A DNA stretch of 37,813 nucleotides from a virus. Taxonomy: Duplodnaviria > Caudoviricetes. The notes beneath the pieces were generated by a model. It was not told where the DNA came from and made no database searches. It saw nothing but the letters and a program-made list of their open reading frames with translations. The translations under genes and the position numbers were made by a program. The first letter of the stretch is position 1, and each line of letters begins with the position of its first letter. Below, piece by piece: positions 9,901 to 18,860 of this stretch. Where the stretch lies: IMG/VR virus record IMGVR_UViG_3300022181_000109, positions 1 through 37,813 of that record, one strand, 5' to 3'.

Positions 9901-12411
9901 CGTCGAGACCCCCAGGCTTCGGGCCAGTTGTCGCAGTTGCTCCGGATCACCCGGCAGTTTCGCCGCATAGTCCTCGTACGTGAAGTACTGCGGACCCTGG
10001 AAAGGATCCCGCTCAGACGCCGCGGGGGCTTGATCACCCGCGCCTTCGCTGCGCGGGGAGGGGTCAAAAGACTCAAGTGTTTTGCGAAGTTCGGCCTCAT
10101 CAATCAGTTGGCCCGGATCGTCGAGCACAAAGTCGGCGTCGGGCCGATCGTAGTACTCTTGCTTTTCCTGATTGAATCCAGCCCCCATGGGAGCCACATG
10201 ATCGGAAACGCGAACCGTCCTGATTTGCTCGCCGTCAGGGCTCTCGATCTGAACGTACTGACTGCCAAACCCACTATAGCCCCAGTTGACGTGCGTTACC
10301 TTCCACCCCAGAGACTCGGCAACGTCCATCACCCGTTTCGTCGCGGCAGTCTTCGTGTCGGCCATCGCCTTAGACTGCTGATAGTGCTCTTCGGTGGTCC
10401 GTTCAAGTTCCTTTGCGTCTTCGGCCTCGTTGATGGCCTGCTGTTTGTCGTCCTCAATGACCCCCTCGCGCCATTGACGTGTGTTTTCAATCCATTCCTC
10501 GCCGAACATGTCCAGATATAACTGTCCGGAAGGATCAGCCGCCACCACCGTAGCATCATCTGGGTTGTCGGCTCTGTATTGTTGGACTTTCGCGTCGAAT
10601 TTCTCTGCCGCGAGTCTTTGCGATTCCCGTCTGTCGGCAAGAGTCTCGGGAGACTCTTTGGGCTTTCGTGACGCGGCCCGCGCGGCGAGAAAGTCGTCGT
10701 GAAGGCCGAGCCTCTTGGCTTCTTTTTTTGCCCAGGTCTTGGAAATGACATTACGGTTCAGTTTGTCGAGCAGGTCTGCAATCTCAGGCCGAATTGTCCC
10801 TCCAGGCCGCTCTGGGGTTGGAGGCAGTTGTTTCTCGCGGCCCACCCCTTCGGGTTCTGCCATTGCCGCCATTGTACCGGCGGGAGCCGCCTGAGTCAAG
10901 GTTTCGGGCTGGGCGGGCCCTGTGCCAGCAGGTTGCCCGCCCTCATTCGCCGCCGCAGGCGGACCTTGCCCGATGTTTTCTGCCCCCTCCGGACTCTGTG
11001 CCCTCTGTGCCTCTGTGGTGAACCCCCGCGTCGCCGCCCCCGCCGCGGCTTTCGCCGCACCGGGCACGGCCAGGACTGCCGCCTCGACGGCCAGGTTGCC
11101 CGGCTGGAGGTCCTGCGAGAGCCCCGCCCGGATTCGTTCGAGCGGTCCGGCGTCCGGTCCGGCCCCGAAATCCTCCGTCCCGACCAGTCCGTTCAGGATC
11201 GTCGCGACCCGCTCTTCTCCCAGTTCCTCCACAAGCCCATCGTACCCGGCCCGCGTGAAGAACCGCTGCGCGAAGTTCGCCGCGGCCCCCGGCTCCGGAT
11301 GGATTGCCAGGTATGCCTGCCTCATCCCGTCGTAGAGCCGCGATCCGAAGGGAAGCCGCCGGATCTGCGAGGCCCCCAGTTTCGCCAGGGGCTTGAGGAT
11401 CTCCGCCCCGGCGGTCTCGGAGCCCGCCTCGATCGCGACCGAGCCCCAGCCCTTGAGGATGGAGGTCGCCCAGGACTCCGCCGGCGTGGCGATCGAAAGC
11501 TCTCCGTTGGGCCCCACGGCGATATGGTCGATCCTCCGTTCGACAATCTCGTCGCCCACGCGAAGGGGCAGGCCCAGCGTCGCACGCGTAATGGCTCCCC
11601 CGGTCCACCCGGCGCCCGTGAGCAGCGTTCGGCCCGCCGCCGTTTTGGCGTAGCCCTGGAGCGTCTTCAGGACCGCGCCGCGGGCCGCTTCCGACCCGAT
11701 CTGTGCCATCCCCCCGGTCATCGCGAATTCGATCATCCAGGAGGGCAGGTACGAGACCCCGTCGAAGACCTTGGCCCCGAACGTCTGGCCGCGTTCAGCC
11801 AGTTCGATCCGCTCGTGGATGTACTTCTCGATCTTCGCCGCATCCCTGGCCCGCCAGGCGTCTTCGACCGTCTTGAGTCTCTGTGCCCGCTCCTGCGCCG
11901 CAAAGCCCGGCTCCGGATTGACCGCCCGGCCCGAGCCGGGATAGAGCAGGGCCTCCGACATGCGGACCTCTTTCTCCGCCACGTCCGCGTAGGAGTTCGT
12001 CTTGACCCGCTGCGACGCCTCATAGATGTCCACCGCCTCCTGCATCGGCAACGGCGAGAAGGGCACCCTCTTGAGCCACTCGCCCTCCACCATGCGCGAG
12101 ATCTGCTCGCGAAGCCCGATCCGTCTGTCCTGCGGCAGATCCCCCACGTCGCTGGGGTCCGCGACGGTCGTCAGCCGCTTGAGGGTCCGAATCTCGAAGC
12201 CAATCTCCGGCCCGAACGGCTCGACGACGGCCATCGGCTGTCCCGTCTCGACGGCAACGTTCATATCCCGGTCGTACTGCCTGCCTGCATCGAACGTCGA
12301 GGCGGCCGCGTCGATTTGTTGCACCCGCTGCCGGAAGGGATTTCGCCCCGCCGCCGCGGGGGCGGCGGCCTCTTCGGATTCCAGGACGTCACGGAATGGG
12401 TTCTTGGCCAC
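6946..12411 (-). CDS. Large internal virion / ejection (polyvalent-type) protein, 1821 aa
   Basis: Size and position as the third internal virion gene before the tailspike; helical Ala-rich composition. SYIPHKWYGPWAV resembles the PLxRFG-domain motif, and the C-terminal region has hydrophobic helices. Confidence 0.75.
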   Translation of the reverse strand: MAKNPFRDVLESEEAAAPAAAGRNPFRQRVQQIDAAASTFDAGRQYDRDMNVAVETGQPMAVVEPFGPEIGFEIRTLKRLTTVADPSDVGDLPQDRRIGLREQISRMVEGEWLKRVPFSPLPMQEAVDIYEASQRVKTNSYADVAEKEVRMSEALLYPGSGRAVNPEPGFAAQERAQRLKTVEDAWRARDAAKIEKYIHERIELAERGQTFGAKVFDGVSYLPSWMIEFAMTGGMAQIGSEAARGAVLKTLQGYAKTAAGRTLLTGAGWTGGAITRATLGLPLRVGDEIVERRIDHIAVGPNGELSIATPAESWATSILKGWGSVAIEAGSETAGAEILKPLAKLGASQIRRLPFGSRLYDGMRQAYLAIHPEPGAAANFAQRFFTRAGYDGLVEELGEERVATILNGLVGTEDFGAGPDAGPLERIRAGLSQDLQPGNLAVEAAVLAVPGAAKAAAGAATRGFTTEAQRAQSPEGAENIGQGPPAAANEGGQPAGTGPAQPETLTQAAPAGTMAAMAEPEGVGREKQLPPTPERPGGTIRPEIADLLDKLNRNVISKTWAKKEAKRLGLHDDFLAARAASRKPKESPETLADRRESQRLAAEKFDAKVQQYRADNPDDATVVAADPSGQLYLDMFGEEWIENTRQWREGVIEDDKQQAINEAEDAKELERTTEEHYQQSKAMADTKTAATKRVMDVAESLGWKVTHVNWGYSGFGSQYVQIESPDGEQIRTVRVSDHVAPMGAGFNQEKQEYYDRPDADFVLDDPGQLIDEAELRKTLESFDPSPRSEGAGDQAPAASERDPFQGPQYFTYEDYAAKLPGDPEQLRQLARSLGVSTAGTSSENLAPFVGGAIEAYTAKPEPAPMIEGEPHPGAMTYPQFFERYGLALAEHRKNPEQAAWLARYGNEQISGPRGLYRALQEEWRAIQAWDWFYKLTGQERPEGAATSAPPPASDEPRATSDEVVDWPRTEAEAREIQSEQDSIDTQADLAEFFGQPPAADLPAAVAQEPTPAEAGFIRRMLHKFGIKSLDGYEPISNKDLSRFWRYVQLPFDIARSFPQFAPVFGVQRARELAKQVLDRAFAEKLKPYFDLDTRAQKAVDELLIAQEQYPGGEIVGKLLAQLTPQQYAAYTAIRDGLDDAARILVERMRELGVPEERIAEFEARIGSYIPHKWYGPWAVVVKEKGPDGRTRTAYMTAVHTKDRFTERDRLLKMFPGATVDIIRRTKMEYETFQDAPSWAVNKMLDVIAEQAEKQAQKAGKPYDPSTADAMRQAFKDLYKAKGFGMHFIKRAETPGWTADLRLPLAEYFAGLSGFLTKMEAAMAFTEAMEGIDPQKTPRLHRYASEYIRYVMGDQFEWGRLKSVMYLWYLFGNIKSAVVNVSGNLMMGWPELSKRTRWSAAKLMTAMADTAAGRTSQAERDFIAALESQGYLDAKMTSEISARGGNAILRMAWGPVGKAASFADVFRHMERLNRTSMAVALHRAGVTDVAEAAGIIDTAHFHYAKGNRPPLMRGGKSALTIFRSYTLNQLTWMKNQAKAGEWGALGRHMLAWTLTGGLKAMPLAGLATAIYVGATGRDPEEDMADLIGKTPAEILMRGLPTQAGVSLTGSVAMSDLVPELDPDKDLQWQVLDWMGGVVSDIPGRLNRVGTDLKNRQYLRALEDASPEALRNPLAAWRLYSEGHTTRRGSPLIDFETFEQIRLNGLDAALKAMGFQPDQIPRAYEKQKLAERVGADRAAIKQQWVDRFYLAHKIGDIEGMREVIAERAEHEAAMREQKRPLLVVSEKEIAEGVKGRMDPANMPKGDTLRAYLSLYRRGEKKQE
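9527..9557 (+). repeat. Heptamer array YCGTSGC x4
   Basis: tcgtcgc tcgtcgc ccgtggc tcgtcgc; encodes ASDEPRATSDE. Confidence 0.7.
10994..11023 (+). repeat. CTCTGTG cassette copy inside the ejection gene
   Basis: ctctgtgccctctgtgcctctgtggtgaac; encodes FTTEAQRAQS in frame. Confidence 0.9.
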
Positions 12412-14024
12412 TACGGGTTCTCCTGCCAGATCCGAAGGATATCTTCTGCCGTCCGGCCCCTCGCGAGGAGCCGCATGACATCGGCTTTCGCCTCGCTATC
12501 GAGTTGATCCCAGATCGATTCGAGTCCCGCCGGTGCGGAGGATTGTGGAACCGCAGAGGTTTGTGTCTTTCGGAGGTTTCCGAGATTGCCCGCCACGCCC
12601 GCCGCTTCGGGCCCCGGCATCCCGCCGGCCGACGCCTCCCACTGGCGGATCAGCGAATCCTGCTCCTCGATCGCCCGCTGTCCGATCTGGACCTGGATCA
12701 TCCGCCCCTGCCGCAGGATCTCGGCCCTCGTGGCGTCCGGGTTCTTTTGAATCCACTCCTCCAGCTCGTCTGAGAGCATATTGACCAGGTTGAGCTGCTG
12801 GGCCCTGGCGTCGCCGGCGGCGCGTATTGCTGACATGTCCCCGCCGGCCAGCGAGATTTTGAGAGGGTCGTCCTCTTGCACGCGCACGAACTGCCCGTAC
12901 GCCCTCTGCACGGCGTCGTTTTTGGCCTGCGTCTGCATGCTGAACGGGCTGCCCATCCGCTCCGTCGCCGCCTGCCGGGTCGCCGGCGTCAGCTTCGAAG
13001 CGTTCTGCCGGAGGAAGCTCTTGACGTCGGCGCCTGGGATCGCGCCGCGGGCCGCCAGGTCCTGCATCTCCACGAGTTGCTCGTAGACGTCCGGATCGTT
13101 CTGGCTCCTGGGTTCGGCCATGATCTGCCTCGCCTGCCTGTAGACCTCGTACGGCAGTTCGTTCCGCCGGACCGCCTCCAGGCCAGCCTCCAGGTCCGCT
13201 TCGCCCCGTTCCGCCGCGACGAGGTACTCGTCGGAGTTCTTTTCGACAACGGCCCGCTGGCGGCTCTCGGCGATGCCGGCCTCTTCCGCGACGAACCCCG
13301 CCAACTGATTCCGCACGGCCGCCGCCTCCGCCACGTCCAGGCCGTAGATCTGCTGCCACTGCGGGTCCTGGAGCGTCTGGCGGGCCTTCTCCCAGCCGTC
13401 GAATCGGGCGATCTCCTGGAGGTCCGACTGGGCGCCGGTCAGCCGCAGTTCGGCGGTGAGTTTCTCGTAGTCGTCCGGGTCCAGCCGGTCCCGGTAGAGA
13501 TCGACCAGGTCCAGACCCGACGCCGCCCGGCCCTCTCTCGCCAGGCCGCGGGCCTCGACCACCACGTCGGAGATCTCCATGCGGTCGAGCACGGTGGCGA
13601 CCTCCTGGGCCCATCGCGGCGAGGCGTCGTCATAGGACATCTGCAGTCGCGCCCGCGCCGAGGCGGACAGGCCCTGCGATACCCTTTGCATCTGTTCTGC
13701 CATCGCGTTCGGGAAGGCGTCCAGTTCCATCTCGTAGCCGGTGACGTTCGTCCCGCTGACCGGGTGGATCTGCGACGCGGACAGATCCTTGCGGCGGTCG
13801 GGCAACTGCCGCAGGTACCCGATCCGCCATTCGTCGATCTGCCGCCAGGCCCTGGAGGCGGCCAGGGCGTCGCCGCGGGCGACCATCTCTTCGCCGCGGG
13901 CCGTCATCCGTGCCCCCAGGCCGCCGACCACCGCGCCGACCTGGGATTGAGCCCGAGCCCCCAGTCCGGCCAACTGCTGGCCTCGCCTGTCCGGAGCGAC
14001 CTGTCTGACGTATTGCGGGATCAT
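12411..14024 (-). CDS. Internal virion / ejection protein (537 aa)
   Basis: MIPQY N-terminus, Ala/Gln/Arg-rich helical composition, middle position of the podovirus ejection trio. Confidence 0.7.
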   Translation of the reverse strand: MIPQYVRQVAPDRRGQQLAGLGARAQSQVGAVVGGLGARMTARGEEMVARGDALAASRAWRQIDEWRIGYLRQLPDRRKDLSASQIHPVSGTNVTGYEMELDAFPNAMAEQMQRVSQGLSASARARLQMSYDDASPRWAQEVATVLDRMEISDVVVEARGLAREGRAASGLDLVDLYRDRLDPDDYEKLTAELRLTGAQSDLQEIARFDGWEKARQTLQDPQWQQIYGLDVAEAAAVRNQLAGFVAEEAGIAESRQRAVVEKNSDEYLVAAERGEADLEAGLEAVRRNELPYEVYRQARQIMAEPRSQNDPDVYEQLVEMQDLAARGAIPGADVKSFLRQNASKLTPATRQAATERMGSPFSMQTQAKNDAVQRAYGQFVRVQEDDPLKISLAGGDMSAIRAAGDARAQQLNLVNMLSDELEEWIQKNPDATRAEILRQGRMIQVQIGQRAIEEQDSLIRQWEASAGGMPGPEAAGVAGNLGNLRKTQTSAVPQSSAPAGLESIWDQLDSEAKADVMRLLARGRTAEDILRIWQENP

Positions 14025-14034
14025 AGACTCACTC

Positions 14035-14466
14035 TTAGAAGAAACTCGAAAACGCTCCGATCACGCCGGAAACCTTGGACGCGTGGGCGGCCTTTCGCAG
14101 CTCTCTGGCGTCGGCCAGCAGGCTCTGGTATTCGTACGTGGCGTTGGTGGCCATCTGCATGCGGTCCAGGACCCGCTCGGCCTTGGAATTGGCGATCAGG
14201 TCCATCGGGGCCCCTTCCAGCCGCACGCCGGCCTCGCCGTACGTCGCCCGCTGGGTCGAGATCAGCCGCCGCGTGTCCTCGTTGAACCGGATCTGGTCCC
14301 AGACGTTGCGCTCGCGGACAGCCAGGGCCTCTTTCTCTTTCGCCCTGGCGGACTCCTTGTAGCTTTTGGCCTGCTGTGAGGCCGAGTACATCGTCCCGAA
14401 GGCCGCCAGGCCGCGGCCGGCCCAACGGAGGGCTTTCCCGGTCCCAGATCCGCTTGTCCCCATCAT
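14035..14466 (-). CDS. Small internal virion protein (gp14-like); in-frame alternative start at 14562
   Basis: QRATYGEAGVRLEGAPMD motif, Gly/Ala-rich termini, located directly after the nozzle; GGAGG RBS. Confidence 0.8.
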   Translation of the reverse strand: MMGTSGSGTGKALRWAGRGLAAFGTMYSASQQAKSYKESARAKEKEALAVRERNVWDQIRFNEDTRRLISTQRATYGEAGVRLEGAPMDLIANSKAERVLDRMQMATNATYEYQSLLADARELRKAAHASKVSGVIGAFSSFF

Positions 14467-14645
14467 CGAACCTCCACAATCGCCAGAATCGCCCGAACGG
14501 TCATCGGCAGGGGCTCGGCCTGTACGATCGTCACGGCCGCGGAGTCCGTTTGTCCCCATCATCGAACCTCCACAATCGCCACAATCGCCCGAACGGTCAT
14601 CGGCAGGGGCTCGGCCTGTACGATCGTCACGGCCGCGGAGTCCGT
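14454..14645. repeat. 96-bp tandem duplication (14454-14549 and 14550-14645) with one mismatch
   Basis: The copies differ only at 14486 (G) versus 14582 (C). Confidence 0.95.
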
Positions 14646-16919
14646 GGCGAAAGATCTGCTCAGGCTACAGTCCTTGTCCCCGGTGAACAAAGCCGCCGCG
14701 CCGCCGGTCAGGACACCGAACGCGCCGCGGGACCAGTCGAGAGACTGCGCCAGGGCCGCCGTGGGCCCGACCTTGGCGCCGAGGGTCTGGTAGAAACTCA
14801 CGGTGACCTGCCCGACCGCCTTGCGGCGGTGCCACGTAGCGCCCTGCTGGCCGGGCAGGTCATATCGGACCGTCGTCAGGGTCGAAGTGTACGGCAGCCC
14901 GACAGCAACCACCGAGGCCGCATCGTCCAGCGTCACGCTCCCGCCGGAGATGGTCCTGTCGTCGTCGGCCGCCCCGTCGGCGCAGATCGCGACCGTTTCG
15001 CCCTCCAGGTGACCGAGCCCGCTGAACGTCGTCGCCGCCGCCGCATCGTAGCTCAGTCCGCAATCGACGAAGTACACGTCGTTTTGATCCGTTCCAAAAT
15101 CCCACGGAGCAAGATACTCGACGTACCGCACGGTGGACCCGTCCACGGTTCGTCGCACGGACAGCCACAGTTCGTCCTCGGTCGCGCCCGGCACGGTGCA
15201 GATCGATTCGACCACGCCGGAGCCGCCGAGCGCGTGTCGGCTCCAGGAGACTGTCTGGAAGTTCCTGTCGTACGTGCAACTGGCCAGGCCGCCGTCGGCC
15301 CGGGCGCACCAGAGGATCGGGTACGGCTGATTGGCCCAGGCCATCTCCGAGACGCCCGAGCCGGTGATATGCTCACTGAACAGCGTCAGATCGGGAGCCA
15401 CCAGGGAATCGGCGTCGTAGCTGTAGAGCACCTCGCGGACCTTCTCGCCGCCCCGCTGGAGCACCAGGAGGATATTGTCGGCCACCACGGGCGCGACGTC
15501 GGCCGAGGCAATGGCCAGGGTATTGCTGATCGTCGGCGGATTGGACGGCCGGATGCCCGCGGCATTGTCCGCCGGCTCGATCTCCAGGACGCTGCCGGTC
15601 GTGCCCGCGATCAGGCCCCGGCGCCGCTGGGCGGTCAGCCAGAGGATCGGGTCCTGCTGGGCCCGGCCCAGCGTGTACCCGAAGGAATCCGCGTCGTCGC
15701 CGGCGGCCGCGTCGAAGCTCTCGTACTCGGCCGTGGCGGAAAACCAGATCGTCAAGGGCTGATGCGTCGTGGAGGCCAGGACCAGGCGGTCGGAATACGA
15801 GGCGATCGCGCGGGGGTACCCGCGTACGCCCGACCAGGCCCCCTCGCTCCACCGGACCGTCGCATCGGTCGAGGCCAGATCGCGGACCACGTCGCAGACG
15901 GCATGGCAGGGGTCCGAGACGGCCGTCAGCCGCACCACTCCGGTATGCATGTACGCATGCACCCAGAGCCGCACGCTGGCAGAACCGCTCGTGTCGGCCG
16001 TGCAGAACGCCCGGACCTGCACGTCCTGCCCGGTATCGTTGTCGTAGACCTCGTCGGTCGTCGAGGCGATGCTCGTGGAGATCATCGTCGCGTAGGCCGT
16101 CCAAGTCGAGCCCTCGTCGTAACTGATCTGAAGATCGATCGTACCGACAAACGAGCCTGAGACCGACCACTGAAAGTTTCCACCCGACTGACAGGTCAAG
16201 GCCGTCGTGGCGTCGTTGACGTCGTCAAACGTCGCCGAAACCGTCTGTATCCCGACCAGGTCCCGGATCTTCCAGTACGAACCCACGTGCCCAGCCGACC
16301 ACAAGGCCGCAGTCGAGACGAGATTGACGTCCGTGCCCGTCGTGGCGGAGGCGGCGAGGGTCGTGGCCGTCAGGTTCTCCGTGAGGAATGGCCCGTCCTC
16401 GATCTCGGCGTCGGCGATCGACCAGTCGTTCGGATCGGTCTGAACCAGTTTTTGGGGCCAGTCGCTCCCGCTGACGATGTACGCCGTGTCCGCCGACTGC
16501 CACCATTGCAGGCGGCCGATCTCGTTGGCGTCGAACGGCGTGGCCAGCTCGTAGATCGAGTCATCGTCATTGAGCACCAGGCCGTGCTCGCGATAGACCC
16601 GCATCAGATTGTCTGTGAACTCCAGCACGTACACATCGTCGCTGGAATACCGAAACCCCATCAGCCTCGCGACGTTGTTGGAATCGGTGGCCGCTACGAA
16701 CCGGGTCCCCGGCCGCCGGACGGCCGGGCCCTGCGGCACGGCGATCAGGTTTTCCATGGTCGCGGCGCTGGTCCAATACCGTTCCGCGTCCACGCGGGCC
16801 ACCGCCAGGGGCGACAGCTCCCCGCCGGTAAAGTTCGACTGCATGACCGGCAGCGTCTGGGCCAGAACCGCCGATGCGATCCAGAGGAAGACCATGCACC
16901 CAAGCCTCATCGTGTTCAT
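14559..16919 (-). CDS. Tail nozzle / tail tubular protein B (T7 gp12-like) with N-terminal signal peptide
   Basis: Motifs QSNFTGGELSP, PQGPAVRRPGT, GYPRAI, GLGHLEGETV, VGLPYTS and QAEPLPMTV. ATG 16919 overlaps the adaptor stop (ATGA) and has a GGAGG RBS. Confidence 0.92.
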   Translation of the reverse strand: MNTMRLGCMVFLWIASAVLAQTLPVMQSNFTGGELSPLAVARVDAERYWTSAATMENLIAVPQGPAVRRPGTRFVAATDSNNVARLMGFRYSSDDVYVLEFTDNLMRVYREHGLVLNDDDSIYELATPFDANEIGRLQWWQSADTAYIVSGSDWPQKLVQTDPNDWSIADAEIEDGPFLTENLTATTLAASATTGTDVNLVSTAALWSAGHVGSYWKIRDLVGIQTVSATFDDVNDATTALTCQSGGNFQWSVSGSFVGTIDLQISYDEGSTWTAYATMISTSIASTTDEVYDNDTGQDVQVRAFCTADTSGSASVRLWVHAYMHTGVVRLTAVSDPCHAVCDVVRDLASTDATVRWSEGAWSGVRGYPRAIASYSDRLVLASTTHQPLTIWFSATAEYESFDAAAGDDADSFGYTLGRAQQDPILWLTAQRRRGLIAGTTGSVLEIEPADNAAGIRPSNPPTISNTLAIASADVAPVVADNILLVLQRGGEKVREVLYSYDADSLVAPDLTLFSEHITGSGVSEMAWANQPYPILWCARADGGLASCTYDRNFQTVSWSRHALGGSGVVESICTVPGATEDELWLSVRRTVDGSTVRYVEYLAPWDFGTDQNDVYFVDCGLSYDAAAATTFSGLGHLEGETVAICADGAADDDRTISGGSVTLDDAASVVAVGLPYTSTLTTVRYDLPGQQGATWHRRKAVGQVTVSFYQTLGAKVGPTAALAQSLDWSRGAFGVLTGGAAALFTGDKDCSLSRSFATDSAAVTIVQAEPLPMTVRAIVAIVEVR

Positions 16920-17608
16920 AATCGCGCATTCCTCCACGTATCGCTGACGATGCCCGGCGCCGACTGCTCCATGGCATCGGCCATCCTCGCCTGAGGCAGG
17001 GAGATCCGCTCATGCCACTGGACCAACGCGTCGGCAATGGCGACGGCGCCCTCCCCGCAGAGGGCCGGGGCCAGGTACGCCGCCAGACGTTTGACGAGCG
17101 CCTCCACGAAAAGGTCGTCATAGAGATCCGTGTCGAGCGTGTACCGGATATACTCGATCTGGACGCTCGTGGCGTCGGTCTGGACATGGCGACCGACCTT
17201 GGTATATTCCACGTTGCTCAGCAGCCGCAGCCCGCCGATATAATCCGAGGGCAGCGAGTACGCATAGGCGAACCCGGCCGCCGGCGCCGTCGTGAGATTG
17301 CCCGAGATGTCCGCCTGGGCGGCCAGGCACTTCCAGTCGTGGCCTCGCGCCGCCGCGCGAAAGGCGAGTTCAAAATACAGAGCACACATGCGGGCCTCGT
17401 GCGGCACGTTGTCGCTCTGGCCGAAGTCCAGCGCCCCGATCTGCCGAGTAATTCCGCACTGCCCGAGCGCCATGTTGCAGATTCGCACCAAGCTGTATCC
17501 CATATCCAATGCCTCAAAAACGTCCTGGGTGTCCGGTTCGTCGGCCTCCAGCCAGATCTGGCCCGGCCGGCGGTATAAGGGATCGGCATACGCGGGTCGT
17601 AGGGGCAC
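16916..17608 (-). CDS. Tail adaptor / tail tubular protein A (T7 gp11-like); alternative start 17503
   Basis: ICNMALG, H.WK, FAYAYSLPSDY and DDLFVEAL...LA..LA motifs; located directly before the nozzle. Confidence 0.88.
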   Translation of the reverse strand: MPLRPAYADPLYRRPGQIWLEADEPDTQDVFEALDMGYSLVRICNMALGQCGITRQIGALDFGQSDNVPHEARMCALYFELAFRAAARGHDWKCLAAQADISGNLTTAPAAGFAYAYSLPSDYIGGLRLLSNVEYTKVGRHVQTDATSVQIEYIRYTLDTDLYDDLFVEALVKRLAAYLAPALCGEGAVAIADALVQWHERISLPQARMADAMEQSAPGIVSDTWRNARL

Positions 17609-17616
17609 GTCTCACC

Positions 17617-18849
17617 TCACGGACTGACGATCGTTCCCGTAGTCGTCCGGTTCCCGTAGGGCAGCGTCGACGTCAAACTCATGACCACCGTCGCCCCGTC
17701 CTGGCGGTAATACGTGTACGTTCTCGTCTCGTCGCCCACACTGACCGTCACGCGGCCGACCAGATCCGCGATCTGGGCCTCGATCAGCGAGTTCATCGTA
17801 ATCCCGTCGATTTCTTCCGCCAGCCAGGCCGCCACCACGGCGGCGGGCAATCCGCTCTGGATCGCGGCGATCGCCGTGGCGTTGGGAGCCCCGACCAGAT
17901 CCATCGCATCCCCGGCCTGCGCCGCGGTTTTGGCATGGTCGTAATCCGATGTCAAGATCACCGGGTCCGACGCCGGGTTCCAATAGGCGAGCAACAGGGC
18001 GTTGAACTCCTCCTCGGTCATGGCGTCTTCGCCGAGCGAGACCTGTTCGACAGCGTTCGCCGTGAACCGATAGACCGCCCCGTCGAGCTCCACCGCCGTG
18101 TCGAGTTTGTCCGTGACCGCCTTGACCGCCGCCACTTCGGTGTCCACGTACCCGGCGACCGTGCTCAATGCCGAAGCCGTGGCCAGCCCGCTCTGAATTG
18201 CGGCAACGGCTGTGGCGTTCGGAGCGTTGACGAAATCCATCTGGCTCCCGACCGCTGCGGGGGAGGCCGGGAGATTATCCGTTTTGGCCTTGATTGCGGC
18301 GACTTCGGTATCGACGTATCCTTTCACGGTGGCGATGTCCGCACTGACGCTGGCACCAGCCGGGGCCCCGAGCCGGGCAAAAGCATCGCCGGTCATGTCC
18401 GGCGCGGTCGATCCCTTCCACTGCGCCACGTTGGCCGACACATTCGTCGCCGAGACAGACCTCGCATCCACTTCAGCCTGGATCTGGAACGTGTGCACAG
18501 CCACCCCAGCGATGCTGTCCACCGTGGCCTTGACCACTACGACGTAGTTCTTGCCCTTCTCGAACCCGGCGGCTGTGGTCAGTTGCCGCCTCACGTAGTA
18601 GCAGCCGGTGATGGCGTCAAATGGGGAGCCCACCGTAATGGCCACGTCCTCGTCGATGCCCGTTGTGGAGCCGTCCTCGTAGATCGAATACGTCAGGGCC
18701 GACGGCGCGTAGGCCGCGCCCGTGGAGAACCGATGCGTCGTGGCCGGGATTCCGACGTAATCGTCGATTCTCCACGAGCCCAGATACTCGGCAGCCGCGG
18801 GGACGGACAGCCCCAAGGCAAGGACGGCGGCCCAACATGTTTTCGACAT
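17617..18849 (-). CDS. Signal-peptide-bearing virion-associated protein with Ala/Thr-rich internal repeats
   Basis: AAGGAG RBS; MSKTCWAAVLALGLSVPAAA|E; repeats GYVDTEVAA.KA.TD.L (x2) and MD.V.APNATA.AAIQSGL (x2). Confidence 0.8.
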   Translation of the reverse strand: MSKTCWAAVLALGLSVPAAAEYLGSWRIDDYVGIPATTHRFSTGAAYAPSALTYSIYEDGSTTGIDEDVAITVGSPFDAITGCYYVRRQLTTAAGFEKGKNYVVVVKATVDSIAGVAVHTFQIQAEVDARSVSATNVSANVAQWKGSTAPDMTGDAFARLGAPAGASVSADIATVKGYVDTEVAAIKAKTDNLPASPAAVGSQMDFVNAPNATAVAAIQSGLATASALSTVAGYVDTEVAAVKAVTDKLDTAVELDGAVYRFTANAVEQVSLGEDAMTEEEFNALLLAYWNPASDPVILTSDYDHAKTAAQAGDAMDLVGAPNATAIAAIQSGLPAAVVAAWLAEEIDGITMNSLIEAQIADLVGRVTVSVGDETRTYTYYRQDGATVVMSLTSTLPYGNRTTTGTIVSP

Positions 18850-18860
18850 AATGAATCTCC

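Noticed and set aside
6952-12507. Long plus-strand ORFs (1189 aa and 602 aa) and similar antisense ORFs elsewhere
   Set aside because: These are shadow frames of high-GC minus-strand genes, Arg/Pro/Gly-rich with no motifs.
14454-14645. DGR template/variable repeat pair, considered because the phage is BPP-1-like
   Set aside because: No reverse transcriptase or Avd gene is visible, and the single mismatch is G/C rather than adenine-specific.
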